Assembly (NCBI GenBank): GCA_002269645.1
Contig: NIVC01000165.1
Coordinates: 1-39,340 of the forward strand
Direction of reading: 5' to 3'
Length of the DNA stretch: 39,340 nucleotides
DNA from: Macrostomum lignano
Taxonomy: Eukaryota
Part shown: positions 24,701 to 36,634 of the stretch, in pieces
Layout: every line of letters begins with the position of its first letter
Position numbering within the stretch: position 1 is the stretch's first letter
Program-made: the position numbers and the translations under genes
The notes under the pieces: model-generated
The model's input: only the letters and a program-made list of their open reading frames with translations
Told to the model about the DNA's origin: nothing
Database searches by the model: none

Positions 24701-24898
24701 GGTGGCCGTCTGCCAACAGAGCGAAGTCAGCTGCGCTGCCGGATGCAGTACTCGGCGAGGGTGCACCCTGGAGGCTGGGCGCCCAAAGCCATTATCAGGC
24801 AGGTGTCCAGACGCGAGTACCCGAGATTCCTGAGACGCTTTGCTGCATTCTGTGTGGAGCGCGTCAAGCACCAACCGGTCTCTCATTGTGTTCAGTGA
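21718..24898 (+). CDS. CERT paralog with FFAT and START domains only (no PH domain found), 3-exon model, about 310 aa
   Basis: Exons 21718-21780 (ATG...GTG|GTGAGT), 22398-22716 (TTTCACGCAG|; EDQFFDALE; HPLAQEIQAVCRAHWDSWGAS) and 24348-24898 (complete START, stop TGA). The phase-1 intron sits at the same position as in the full-length copy. 933 nt, in frame. The first exon is the least certain part, and the donor at 22717 (GTTCGC) is weak. Confidence 0.8.
21838..22180. repeat. 14-bp tandem repeat CGGAGATCCCAGAT, about 24 copies
   Basis: Inside predicted intron 1 of the PH-less CERT paralog. Confidence 0.96.
22875..23952. mobile_element. Foldback-like element: inverted arrays of GGCACAAGCGCGCACT-type motifs around a non-coding core
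   Basis: About 22875-23070 carries GGCACAAGCGCGC/GGCATAAGCGCGC motifs, and about 23740-23952 carries their reverse complements (GCGCGCTTGTGCC/GCGCGCTTATGCC). Exact termini and TSD not found. Confidence 0.5.
24164..24318. repeat. (AATAG)n microsatellite, about 30 copies
   Basis: Just upstream of the paralog START exon acceptor. Confidence 0.97.
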
Positions 24899-25182
24899 CC
24901 GGATTAGCTAACTCTTCTGCTTACCTGTCGCTCAAAGTGGACAGGTTGCACCTGTTTATTCGCTAATGATGGCCGCACATTGACTTTTCTGTATCAGTTT
25001 GGTCTGATAACTCTATCATAAGCAGGACAAATATAACTTGAATATGTAGCTAGCTCTGGAGATGGACAATAGAAACCAATTGAGACATGCTGGTAAATGA
25101 GCAATAACTGGGAATTCCAATCAAATTTAAACAGCAAAAACCAGCTCTCTATAGTCACTAAAACACTCACATCATCCTGAGT

Positions 25183-25685
25183 CACAATAAGAGTGACAGC
25201 CATAGTCACAAAAAGGTTCACAGTCACAATACAAATCAAAGTCACAATGAGAATCACAGACATAATAAGAGTCATATTCACAGTCACAATAAGAGTCACA
25301 TTCACAGTCACAATAAGAGTCACATTCACAGTCACAATAAGAGTCATATTCACAGTCACAATAAGAGTCATATTCACAGTCACAATAAGAGTCATATTCA
25401 CAGTCACAATAAGAGTCACATCACAATAAGAGTCACATTCACAATCACAATAAGAGTCATATTCACAGTCACAATAAGAGTCACATTCACAGTCACATTA
25501 AGAGTCACACACAGACATAATAAGAGTCATATTCACAGTCACAATAAGAGTCACATACGGACACAATTAGAATCAAAGCCACAGTCACAATAAGAGTCAT
25601 ATTCACAGTCACAATAAGAGTCACATACGGACACAATTAGAATCAAAGCCACAGTCACAATAAGAGTCACAATGAGAATCACAAA
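25183..25685. repeat. 24-bp-based tandem array CACAGTCACAATAAGAGTCACATT, array A
   Basis: Between the convergent 3' ends of the CERT paralog and the transglutaminase. Confidence 0.92.
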
Positions 25686-26178
25686 AATCAGTAGAAATAA
25701 AAAATAGCTGAACGAATTCACCGCACAGTTTGGATAATTACGAGTAATTAGTGTTTTTTTATTGTGCTACATTTGGGGGTGATGATTGAAGCTGATAAAT
25801 TAATTTCTAATTAGCGCTAGCTACTGTAAAATGGATTAAATTATAATTTTAATGTATCTTGGGCAGGACTGGTACATTATCATTAATTTGAAGGGTCATC
25901 ATATACTTAAAAAAAATAAATTTTAGCTAACATGATTGGTTAGAAGTTGTATGGGGTTTAGAAATCTGTAATGACAGTACCATATCTAGCTAGTAATATA
26001 AAACTTGGATTACAATAATCAAGTACTTTGGGCGAGACTGGCAGAACAAGCAGTTACCATAGCTAGATAATTTGCTAATGATTAATAATTAATGTATAGA
26101 TAGCTTAGTTGCAGCCAAGAAACCTTCATATTTCCATGGCAAGTTTTCACTAATTGATTTTCTAGAACACTTCTTCAC

Positions 26179-29100
26179 TCAAGGCCGGATGTCCGCCTCC
26201 AGCAGGCCACCGTTCTCGCTTCCGGGATCCGGAACCACCACGACCGGCTGCTCACAGTAGGCGCCCTTGAGCTCGGCCGAGTTGAACGACACCACGAATT
26301 TGCGCTGGCCGGCCCTGGCCGGGTTCAGCGTCAGAGAGCACTTGGCGGTTTGGCCCGGTGCCAAGTCGCTGTGGAAGTTTGTTTGAGGGTATGTGAGTGC
26401 ATTGCTGTGTGAGCACTGATGCTCTAGATGCAAAGAATGGTACGCTAGTGCTTTCGTTGACTATTCACAGTCACATTAAGAGTCACATTCATTCACAGTC
26501 ACAATAAGAGTCACATTCACAGCCACATTTAGAGTCTCATTCACAGTCACATTTAGAGTCACATTCATTCACAGTCACAATCAGAATCACATTCACAGTC
26601 ACAAACAGAATCACATTCACAGTCACAATAAGAGTCACATTCATTTACAGTCACAATCAGAATCATCACATTCCCAGTCACAATAAGAGTCACATTCACA
26701 GTCACAATAAGAGTCACATTCATTCACAGTCCCAATCAGAATCACATTCACAGTCACAAAAAGAGTCACATTCATTTACAGTCACAATAAGAGCCACGGC
26801 CACAGTCACACTAAGCGTAATAACACAAAGATATGCAAACTTACTGAGGCTACACAGGGCTACTTGGCAGGTTTTACATGGGTTTTACATGCTCTATACT
26901 GCTAATAGTAGTGCAACAGAGGCCTCACCTGACCGGATAGTCGGCCAGCTGGCCGCGAAGGCCTGGACCGTCAACTGAGAAGGCGCAGCCGGTGAGGTTG
27001 ATCGGCAGCGGATTCATGAATGAGCAGTTCAGACGGAAGTCCTTGTTCTGCTTCAGCTCGCCCGTCAGCTGAAATAATCAAATCATACTACTTTAAAAAT
27101 TGTATCTCAGATAAAAATCACATAGAAAAAATCATTTTGTTATGTACTCACTTCGATGAGCACATCAGGCCGAGTCACGTGGATGATAGACTGGGACACT
27201 TGCTTGCGACCATCCGCGTCTGTCAGCACAGCGACAATCTCGAAGCCGAACTCTTCGGTACCACAGTCTTTCACGTAGTCCTCGGCGGCTACGGAGAGCT
27301 TCATGGTCTTGGCTGTGGGGGAAGATGGATGAATCAATCAATAGAAAGAGTAGACAATGACTGAAACAGAACTTTACGGTCCAGCCAGACAAGCAAAAGT
27401 CTTACTAGCTCCAGCACGGATGTTCAGCGAATCCTTCTCTTGTTTAACAGTGCCCATAATGTGGCCATTGTACTTCTTAATAGTCACGGTGGCCGTGTAC
27501 TGGAGTTGCACCACCTGTTTAGATTGGTTGCTCATCTCCAGGCCAATATCCAGGTTGCTGCCGAACAGGCAGGTGTTGGGCGCGTTCAGACTCAACCGGA
27601 TGTAGCGCTCCTTAGCGGCGTCGTTTGTCCTGTCGCAGGCGGCCACGTTGAGCTGACTCTCGGCGCACTTGAATGCCTCCTCCTCCTCCGGGGTGCCTTC
27701 GTTGTACTTGTACTGGTGTGTCACGTCCTGGCGCTCGTCGGAGCCGACAGCTTTGGTGCTGATGCTCTGGCCGACTTTGCGCGGATCGGAGAAGATCTCC
27801 TTCCGGCTGCCGTCCTTGCCGATCGCCCAGTGCTTGATGCAAGCGTTCACCTCGGCGAAAACAAACTTGCCGTCGAACTGCAGGTTAACCAAGCCGCGTT
27901 TAATAGCGTTGAGCGAGCAGGGCCCGGTCTGATAGATGTCCTCGCTGGTCTCCTGCGGAGTGGCATCGATGGCCTGCCAGCCGTCGAATTCGCCTTTCTC
28001 AGCCAGATCGGGCCGGCGCATCCAGAGGTCGTTCCACACGTGGAAGTTCCTGCCACGTCAAGGTTTCAAGCGCATTTAGTTTTTTGGTTGCTTGTTCTAT
28101 CCGGGTGTAGCTTGGTTGATTAAGATTCAACTATCTTCTAAACTATTTCGTGTCTGCCTATGATGGGCTACGTTGGCTTCATTGACTAAAATCCTACTAT
28201 TACACACTTATTACCATACATGGAAGAGCATACACCGTGTGTGTGAAAGTGACAATGACCCTCCATCGTTTAACGTTTTCAGTTAGACTGCAGAGCTGCA
28301 ACTCACCAGACCGAATCGGAGTTCCGGTCCGTAATCGGCATGTACGAGTCGTCGAAATAGTTGTCGACGGTCAGATTGGCGTCCGTGTCGTGGGCCGAGT
28401 CGAAGTTGGTGACGCTGCGACACGGGATGCCCAGGGAACGAGCGACTACAATTTTTGTTGTCGTTTTCTCTTAAAAGTTCTTTAAGTCGGCGGTTATATA
28501 TTCTAAAGAAGTCCTGGGATAAACTTTAAATAGATGGCATAATAATCGATCAACATTGCTGCTGGCACAGGTAACTCACGCGATGTCATGCAGCCGGAGA
28601 AGACCCAGCACTGACCGAACTGCACCGGAGTTTGAGTGCGGAAGTACTCCTCAATGATGCGTAGGCTGCCCTTCCACTCGGTGGGCGCCACGCCTCCGCT
28701 GTAGTTGCCAGACCAGTTGCCAACTAGAAGTCCATCGTCATCAACGTTGTTGACCATGGCGGATAGGGTGCGCGCAACCAGGACCGGATTGCCCCAGTTC
28801 TCCCACTTCAGGCTGGACTTTGCCAGCAGCAGCAGGGCGCAAGAGAGGACCGGGTTTTCGAACTGGGTTTGGAATTGATGGAATTGCTTGGTTTGAGAAT
28901 TGAGAATTCATCAATAAAGACTTTGATGCCCCTAACAATGCGATCTGTGAGGTATTTTATTCGACACCTTCTAACGTATTTGTCGAGGTATCTGAAGAGC
29001 TATCGAAATGAGTAGTCAAAGAGGCATTCTGTGAGGTATCTCTTAAGATAAGCTATGAGGCATATTGTAAAGTATCCCTTGAGGTAATGGAAAAGTATCT

Positions 29101-31082
29101 GAATAAGCGTCTTATGAAGTATTTAAAGAAATATCTTGTGAGACATCTTATGAGATAGGTTGAAAGTCATTTGAGGAGGTGTCCAAATGAGGTATCTGGA
29201 AAGTTACGGTTACGGGTGAAACATAGCTGGCATAGTGTAAAACATTTTTTTATTTTGTGACAGATCTCTTTGCAGTTAACTTAATTTGTTTTAGTCAGTG
29301 CGAAAACCGTTGCTTTCAGGCGGAGTTTTCAAGTACTGAAATGTATTGCTGACACCGTGCAACCAAAGATCTAAGATCTAGGGGTCGTACTATAAAGCTG
29401 TCGTAGCGTAAGTTCGATCGTACGTCGGAACTTTTACACTGCGGAGATAGGAGCTAAGAACGATCTTATCTTACGCTGGCTTTATAGAACGGGCCCCTAA
29501 TCTGTGAAGTGCCTTAATCTATTCTACGGCAGACAGCACGCATCCAAGCGAGCTGTGCGCGAAATTCCACGGGCAACCTTTCTGACGCGATCTCTTAGCG
29601 CCGTCATGTGACATGGAAAACTACTGGCATTTTCCTAAGCGGCTGCCGTTTCATGGAATTAAAAAAACCTGTCATTTTCTTTTTCAGACAATAGGAACTA
29701 TAGGAGCGTTTCATCCCGCAAATTCGATACTCGAGAGGCTAATAACCTACCTGGGCAAAGTACCAGGGGCGACTGCCGATTTTCCTGGACGAGCCAAAGT
29801 ACACGCGACCCTCATCCTGCAGCACGTACTCCTGACGCTCATCTTCCTTAGTCATGTAGACCAGATCGTCTAAAGAGGTTGGGCAAGAGTCAGGAGGTTG
29901 TGGGTGACTGTGGCAGAGCCTTCTACCGAAATTGCGTACACTTGCCAAGGACTACAGGTAGTGCGAATATGTACATGTAACACGTCCAAATTATGAACAA
30001 CTAATTTAGGAGGACGTTTGACGGGAAGTTGATCGTCAACTCCTACCTTCGTGAAACGGATTGAAGATTAGGTAGATGGGGAAGTTGATCTCGGTTGAGA
30101 AGTACTCGTTGCGGCTGCGCCAGACGCTCACCCCGGTGATGTTGTACTTGGACACCACGGCGTTGACTCGGCTATAAAAAATCACCGTGACGGTGCGCTT
30201 GTCGGCTTTTTGAATCACCTGAAGGTGGCAATTTCGATTCGAAGATAGAACAACTGTCAACTATCAAAAATTGCTAATAACTATAAAGTAAACAAGCAAA
30301 ATGTTCCAATTAAAACGACTTGTATATAACAAAACTCACCCGAAATATTTGAATCGGCGCTGAATTCGTGTCGTCCAGTAAAAACTTGCGAGGACTCTGA
30401 AGTTGTGGGTTTGTGCTTTGTTTTACAATTTAGTTTTTTGTAGCCTACTATTTGCCAACCCAGAGGCATTTTAACCGTAGCCATAGGTATTAGTTGTCAG
30501 CTTAACTGGTCATTCACTAAGGGGTAACTCAAGCAGCTGCGTACTAACCGCAGTCATCTCTCCTTAACTTCGCCGTGCCAGCCCCAAAGCTGCTATGACA
30601 CTGCAGTAGCAGTCCGACTGCTAATCGACCAATAGGCTACCGCATAACAGGTGTCCATAACAATTTTTCCAAAACGGAAAGATGTTGTCCTTAGTCATCA
30701 TTTGTCTGCTTGAAACTATTATAAAGTAGCCCAGAGATCAAGGACGTAAGAGTATTACCCAACAAGAGACACCAGTTAATGCAGAATCTACCCATGGAAA
30801 AGTTCAAATACAAGAAGACACGCTTTCAACGCACCTCCTTGACCTTCCATTGGAACTTGAGATGCTCAGCCCCATAATCTTCGGCGGCCAGGTGCACAGT
30901 CAGCAAGTCGTAATCGTCAATATCGTTGTCGAATCGAAAGTCCAAACGGAACGGAGCGCCGCGACGAACAACCAGGCCGGTGTGCTCGGTGTTGATGTCG
31001 TACTGCTCAGTGTAGTGATGGAACCCGTTGTGCCGGAAATGGGGGTTCACGCCGAGCAGTTTGATCGGCTTCTCGGCTGCTC
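26179..31082 (-). CDS. Transglutaminase (protein-glutamine gamma-glutamyltransferase), at least 9 exons, about 700 aa; start exon not resolved
   Basis: Exons (minus) about 31082-30835, 30218-30047, 29869-29751, 28862-28580, 28445-28307, 28049-27406, 27312-27152, 27068-26929, 26368-26179; phases consistent. Motifs: LVVRRGAPF, EYVLQDEG, GNWSG, FGQCWVFSG (catalytic Cys), LGIPCRSVTNFDSAHD, NFHVWN (His), WQAIDATPQE (Asp), FMNPLP in the C-terminal barrel. Confidence 0.95.
26463..26810. repeat. Same 24-bp-based array, array B
   Basis: Last intron of the transglutaminase; same orientation as array A. Confidence 0.92.
29381..29497. mobile_element. Small degenerate MITE (PIF/Harbinger-like ends), in a transglutaminase intron
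   Basis: Left GGGGTCGTACTATAAAGC...AGCGTAAG versus reverse complement of the right end GGGGCCCGTTCTATAAAGCCAGCGTAAG; TA on both flanks. Confidence 0.55.
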
Positions 31083-34000
31083 GGTAAGGATAGAAAAGGT
31101 AAGTGATGAAGTTAATTAATCAAGAGCTCACACCTTATCGTCTCGTTGTTACAACTACGATAGTTCTTCAAATCCTTGAACTTTTCTCACCTCACCTCCT
31201 CTTCCTATTATTGCTCGTTAAGTCACTCTACAGATTTGTACACTTTAGGGAGCGAAGTTCTGCACCTGATTTTGTGGATCTTGGTCATCGACAAAATACT
31301 CAGAACCAATTTGAAAGTTAAGGAGACACGCTACTGTTTTAAAAAGATGCCCAGATGAAATCAGTGCCATGAGTGACCCAGTTTGTATAATTATCTGGGA
31401 AATGACTTACCAACAGCCGGGTTAATTTGGGGGATTCTGCAGCTCAGAATCATATTACTCAATGTAATTTTTTCTTTAGTTTCGGAAGAAACAGAGCAGA
31501 ATGAGCAACTAGCGATGCAGGTAGGGTTTCGAACGGAACGGTAGAAAAACGGGGCAAACGAAAATATTGAGTATTGATTGACAAAGTCTAAGTTTTTGTT
31601 GTTAACAGCGACTCCTTTTTATTATAATAATTATTGTTAGTCGCGGCGAATATGTGATTTCTTCTTCGTTTGGTGAGGCTGTAGGCGGCTCGGCTTCTGA
31701 TCGTCATGCGGCAGTCTGTGTTCAAAGTTATGGTCGATGCAAAAACGCTCTAAGGGTGTTCACCTACTGAATGGTGAGACTGCAGCTTTGCTTGAAAGCG
31801 ATATGCTTAAGAAAGTCTCTAGAGACACTTCTCTCTGTGGTGGCTCTTTTATTTTCTGGGAGCTTAAGGATAGCTGCTAGCAATGGCTGTTTGACTAAAT
31901 GACCAAAAAACTGGTTTGAGTCGGAGTTGTTGTTTGTAAACGTGAACGCTGCTGTCTGGCTGTGAAATGGTAGGCTTGATTAAAACTTGTCTCTTCTATC
32001 TGACTGCGATTGCCGGTTATATGCACCCGTAGCGACCATGCGGGGCCCACAAGGGAATTAACCAGATTAAGCCAGCTGATAACAAAGTCACGCCCGCATG
32101 TTGCAAAACTGCACCATGTTCGTCTGCATGTTTATTTAATCTATACATACTTGAAATTATCTTGTTAGCTAGTGAAACAAAGTCACATGACCTGTGCTGT
32201 AAACCTTTCGAATGTTTTTCACTGTAAGAATTCTTTATTTGGCTACAAATAGTGATAAGAATTGGGGTTAGAATTTTCACTTAGCAAGTAGGACCGAGAT
32301 GCAATACAATTCTTACCTGCACTCATTTTGACTTGCATTGTAATAATTGAATTATTGAATATTCGCCCTTGAATTAAGCAGACTCTGCCAGCTGTTGATG
32401 TCGTGCTGCTGTGATTCTTCTATCAGACAATAACCAGCCAAATTTATAAGCCTCTGAGCAGATTCTGGTGTGTAGGTCGGCTCATTGTGCTGCGGTGTAG
32501 GCTGTCTGCTCAAACTTTTCTTAGCCATGGCACAAAAAGGCATTCGACTGTAGATGAAGGCTGGGAGAGCCGAGTCATGCTTGGTTGACTGAAGCAACTC
32601 TACAGCCCTAAGAGTCTTAAACCTGTATAGTTCTGCAGAAGAATGGAAGAGGCTAGCAAAACAATACTCAATATTTCTTTCTCCATCTGCAAAATCTCTG
32701 TCTATACTTGAGCTCTGAATACACCTGCATGCGGTTCATTCATTGTGCGACGCTGTGTTTCAACCCCGTGTGTGCGCCCCCGGGGCAGAGCGGACTTCGA
32801 GATGCTGGACTGCGTGGCTACTTCTGTAGCAAAATAGGTCTCAAAGCTGTCTGCTCGACCCATACTCAGAAGAAGTCCATCGCTTCTTCTTACCCAACAT
32901 TCGCCCCCTTCCTAGCTTTCAACTCATAACTCAACTGAAGACGTGCAAAACAAATTTTACAAGCAATTTGCGCACGTGTTTCTAAGCGAGACCGGTTCTT
33001 TCAATTATTGTGAAATAGCTATCTAGGCATTTGAGCTGCTTGTCACAGTTAAAATAGCCCTAAGGCTATAGATTCTGTTGACGCAGTGTCTTATTGTGCA
33101 TCTCAGAGAACACAATTTGCAATCGAGTCCATAATCTTGAGTTATAAACAGCCATTGATTGGATAGTACGTAGTTTAAATTTTGGTATCGAGCTTATTCC
33201 TTTCATCCAGTAGTTTTCAAAATAAAAAAAGAAACGCAACACAGTGCTCGGTTATAAGTCTATTATAAGCTTTCACCGCAAACCAAAATTGGTCTCATAT
33301 ACGCTTAGCAATATACTTAGCTATACAAACGCTTTTGAGCAGAAATCTAGCTAGTAGAGTTTTAGTGCATTATGATTATGAAACCGTGTTTAGGTTGAAA
33401 GTGCTGAAACTATAGGAAAATATCCATGTCGAAAACGATCAATATAGGAATTGAATTAATAATAAATTCAATCATAATTGGCTCAGTTATCTAAAGCGTG
33501 CAGTGCTCAGAAAAAAAAAACTGATTGAGGAGTGCGTCAGCGCGACGAATTCGTGAACTTGGGAACTTGAAGGTGCGAAAATTTGATTATTGTCATGTGA
33601 CATGCCAGAAAAATAGTTGAATTTTTGCTTTAATTTTTTTCGAGCTAAATTTTATATTAGAACCGCAGGCGCGGCTTTTACGACTAAAAATGACGCGATG
33701 ATGGCAAAAGTGACTGAGGTCGTGCATTTGAGGGCATGGAATTTAATAAGATGGCACATTATTACAACAAACAAATGATTGCTAATTTAATCAGCCACAT
33801 CCTCAAATTTCAGTTTGGAAAAGTTTCTTATGAAATGAGTAAACGAATGAAAGTTGCCGGATCGGTCGACACACGACTCCTCGAGGGCTACGGAATTTCT
33901 GTAGCGTTTTGAACGCGCACAGCGAAATTCGAAATTCGAACTTTTTTGTGGTATAGCTTAGATGATTGTTCGGAAAACTTCTGACGCGTAAATATCTGTC

Positions 34001-34823
34001 GGTAACAATGAGTAAATACGATTGCATGCAAAATAATTTCTTCATAGCTATGTATGATTCATGTCATTTAAGACTGATATAAACCTATACGTTTCTTGTC
34101 ACGGCGTCCAGTACATGTGCTTCGTATTTCAAAGTAATATTGAACAGATCCCTTATTGGTTCAGACCCTTCAATAGCAGTCTCTTAGGTCAACATTTTGT
34201 TAGCCTAATCGAATTGAATTAAAAATCACCAAGCAACATCAGAACAAGAAATTCTTCGCTAGCTTAAAACTGGGCACAGTCAATAAGACACTGGGCGGAC
34301 CTGCAAGTGTCACTCACGCTTTGAAGTGCTAACTGAAGATTTGCTATAACGAGACTTAGCAGGATGGCTGCAGGCCCGTCATTTCCTGCCACAGAATGTA
34401 CACAGCATGATCAATGACGCGTTTCGAGAAATTTCTTGCACAAGAGTTACCATCATCCTTGGGATTCCTTGCACTAGCTGGTCTCATTGTGAAGAAAAAT
34501 TAAGCAATTCGCAATTTTCATAATTTTTATTCGTACTACTGACAAAGCTTACAATATAAGTAGACTGCATGAATTTTAATTATTTTTTGTAGTCGGAACC
34601 ATCGTTGAGCATTCTGTGTATATTCTGTGATTTCCAGTATACTAAGGTGCAAACTAAAATAAAATTTCGCGATGAGACGTTAGATTTTGTTTGACTACAG
34701 TGAGTTTCCGAATTTGTAGGAAAACCTCTAAATGATTTTCTCAGTTGATTGTAGTCCCAATAACTTAGGAAGTGGCCAATCTGGTGATATCTGAGAAGTT
34801 GACTGACTTTATCTATGAACTAG

Positions 34824-36634
34824 TCACTGTCTCCGCCGCAGTCGACTTCTGCCGCCTCCAGCAGCCACCTGCACAGCTCCAGCCGCGATGGAGATCAGCC
34901 AGCCAATCACGCAAGCCGCCGGGCCAGCGCGAGCCTGGCAACGACGCCACTCGAAGCGTCCCTGGCGAACGCATCTCTCCAGGTTGGCCTCCAGACAGCC
35001 GATCATCGATGCCAGAGCTAGGTGGAGGAAGAACACGCTGGCTAGGATGCACCCGGCGCCAAGGCATAGTACTGCGGACCACGCGAAGGTCATCACTGAC
35101 AGCGGCCGGACCAGTAGTTGAGCAAAAATAGCCAAGAGCACGATAGATGCCACTAGGACGCCGAGTTTTTCCCGAACCGACACGGTCTGTTCGTCGCTAG
35201 ACGATGCAGTACGCGACTTTGGTAGATTTTTTTGCTTGCGCTGGACGAAGCGCCACGACTGCAGGCCGCATCCGCTGGTTCGATCCTCGAAGTCGCATCG
35301 TTGCAGGCTCTGTCTGAGAAGAGCGCTCGGTGGTGCACCTGCCGTTACGACGTACAGCCTGCGATGCAGGCGCTGCAACTCGCGCCAGACGTTGCGCGAG
35401 GCTTGCAGTGCGCTGCGCTGGCTGAGGAACCCGATCAGGGCCGGCGGGTCCTGGCCGAGGTCGCGCGCTTGAAACGTTGCAGCCAGACGAAGGTCTTCGG
35501 CGGTCACTGGACGAGACGACAGGCGCATGGACTCGACGCGACAGCCCCTAGTCAGGCCCGAGGTCAGGATGGCCTCTCGGAGGAATTCCAAGTGCGGCAG
35601 CAGCGCGGGCTCTTCGCAGAAGCAGACGACAGCCAGTCGCAGTTGCTGGTCAGATTCAGACAGAGCTGCAATGACTGCAACGAGGTCGCACCAGCTGTCT
35701 GCTCCGTGGAAGTGCAGTGAGAATGCCTGGGATTGGATTGGAATATTGAGATAGTCGATTATTTTATGACAAAAGTTACGTCATCATCAGCTCCTGTGTT
35801 CTATTCCGTTCGCGGTCACAATAAGTTGACTTGTGTGATTTACTTCAGGTTTGCCCCTGAAAGTGAAAGTGCCCCTCTTTGTGATTTTATAATGACTGTT
35901 TGCCTTCACCCTGACTGATAGTCGACTGCCGCCTTGAATCATAGCAAAGCCCAAACCCCCTGCAACAAGCAAGCCCAAGATGAACACCCAAATGCTAACT
36001 GTCGTTCAACCACTAAATAGTCAAGCTGAACCATTCACCAGAGACCCAGTGTTGCATTCGAAACTAGGCTCACCTTTTCTTCGCAACTACAGTCGACCTG
36101 TTCGGCATCAGCTCCACTAAAATCGCCCACCAATTCGGCCGCTTTCAAGGCTAGATAGGCTCTAGTAACATCCGGTCGGAAGCGCTGTCTCAGGTGTCGC
36201 AGCGTCAACTCGTTGCCGCAGCCGTTTGTCTTCTGGCTGTGACCGTTGGCTCCGCTGTTACTGCAGCCGCCGCCTGTGGGGCACCAGCGCAGAGAGTTCA
36301 CGTAGCGGCGCAGAGTCTCGGCGTCGACTTGGCCGGCTGAGCTGCTGCCAGGTCGCCACTCGGTTTGTTCGTCGTCCGTTTCGTCCTCATCGCCGCTGAA
36401 GCCAAGCTGATGAAGCTTCGGTCCATTCTTATTGCCCTTTCTGTTGTTGTTGTTGTTGTTGTTGTTATTGTTGTTGTTTGTGAGCATCAACAGCAGCTGG
36501 TCCAGCTGCGCCTCTATGCTTGACGCCACAGAGTCGATGAGGTCCAAGCCGCAGCCCTCGTTGGTGCCAAATGCAGCGGCAGACGAGCACAAGTGATTGG
36601 AAGCCCGAGTTTGAGTCAGGTTCAACTGCAGCAT
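34824..36634 (-). CDS. Hypothetical membrane protein with N-terminal poly-Asn and acidic tracts and 2-3 C-terminal hydrophobic segments, about 487 aa
   Basis: GC-rich open frames 36634-36074 (donor AAG|GTGAGC) and 35726-34824 (acceptor CCCAG|) join in phase 0. Hydrophobic runs LGVLVASIVLLAIFAQLLV and FAWSAVLCLGAGCILASVFFLHLALASMIG. No family recognised; the start and a possible middle exon are uncertain. Confidence 0.55.
36443..36478 (-). repeat. (AAC)n coding trinucleotide repeat (poly-Asn)
   Basis: TTG repeats on the plus strand within the 36035-36676 ORF, giving a run of about 11 Asn. Confidence 0.9.

Noticed and set aside
27440-28123. 227-aa plus-strand ORF
   Set aside because: Antisense shadow of the large transglutaminase exon.
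32017-32929. Short ORFs between the transglutaminase and the orphan gene
   Set aside because: No homology recognised and no consistent splice chain; may be UTR or intron.
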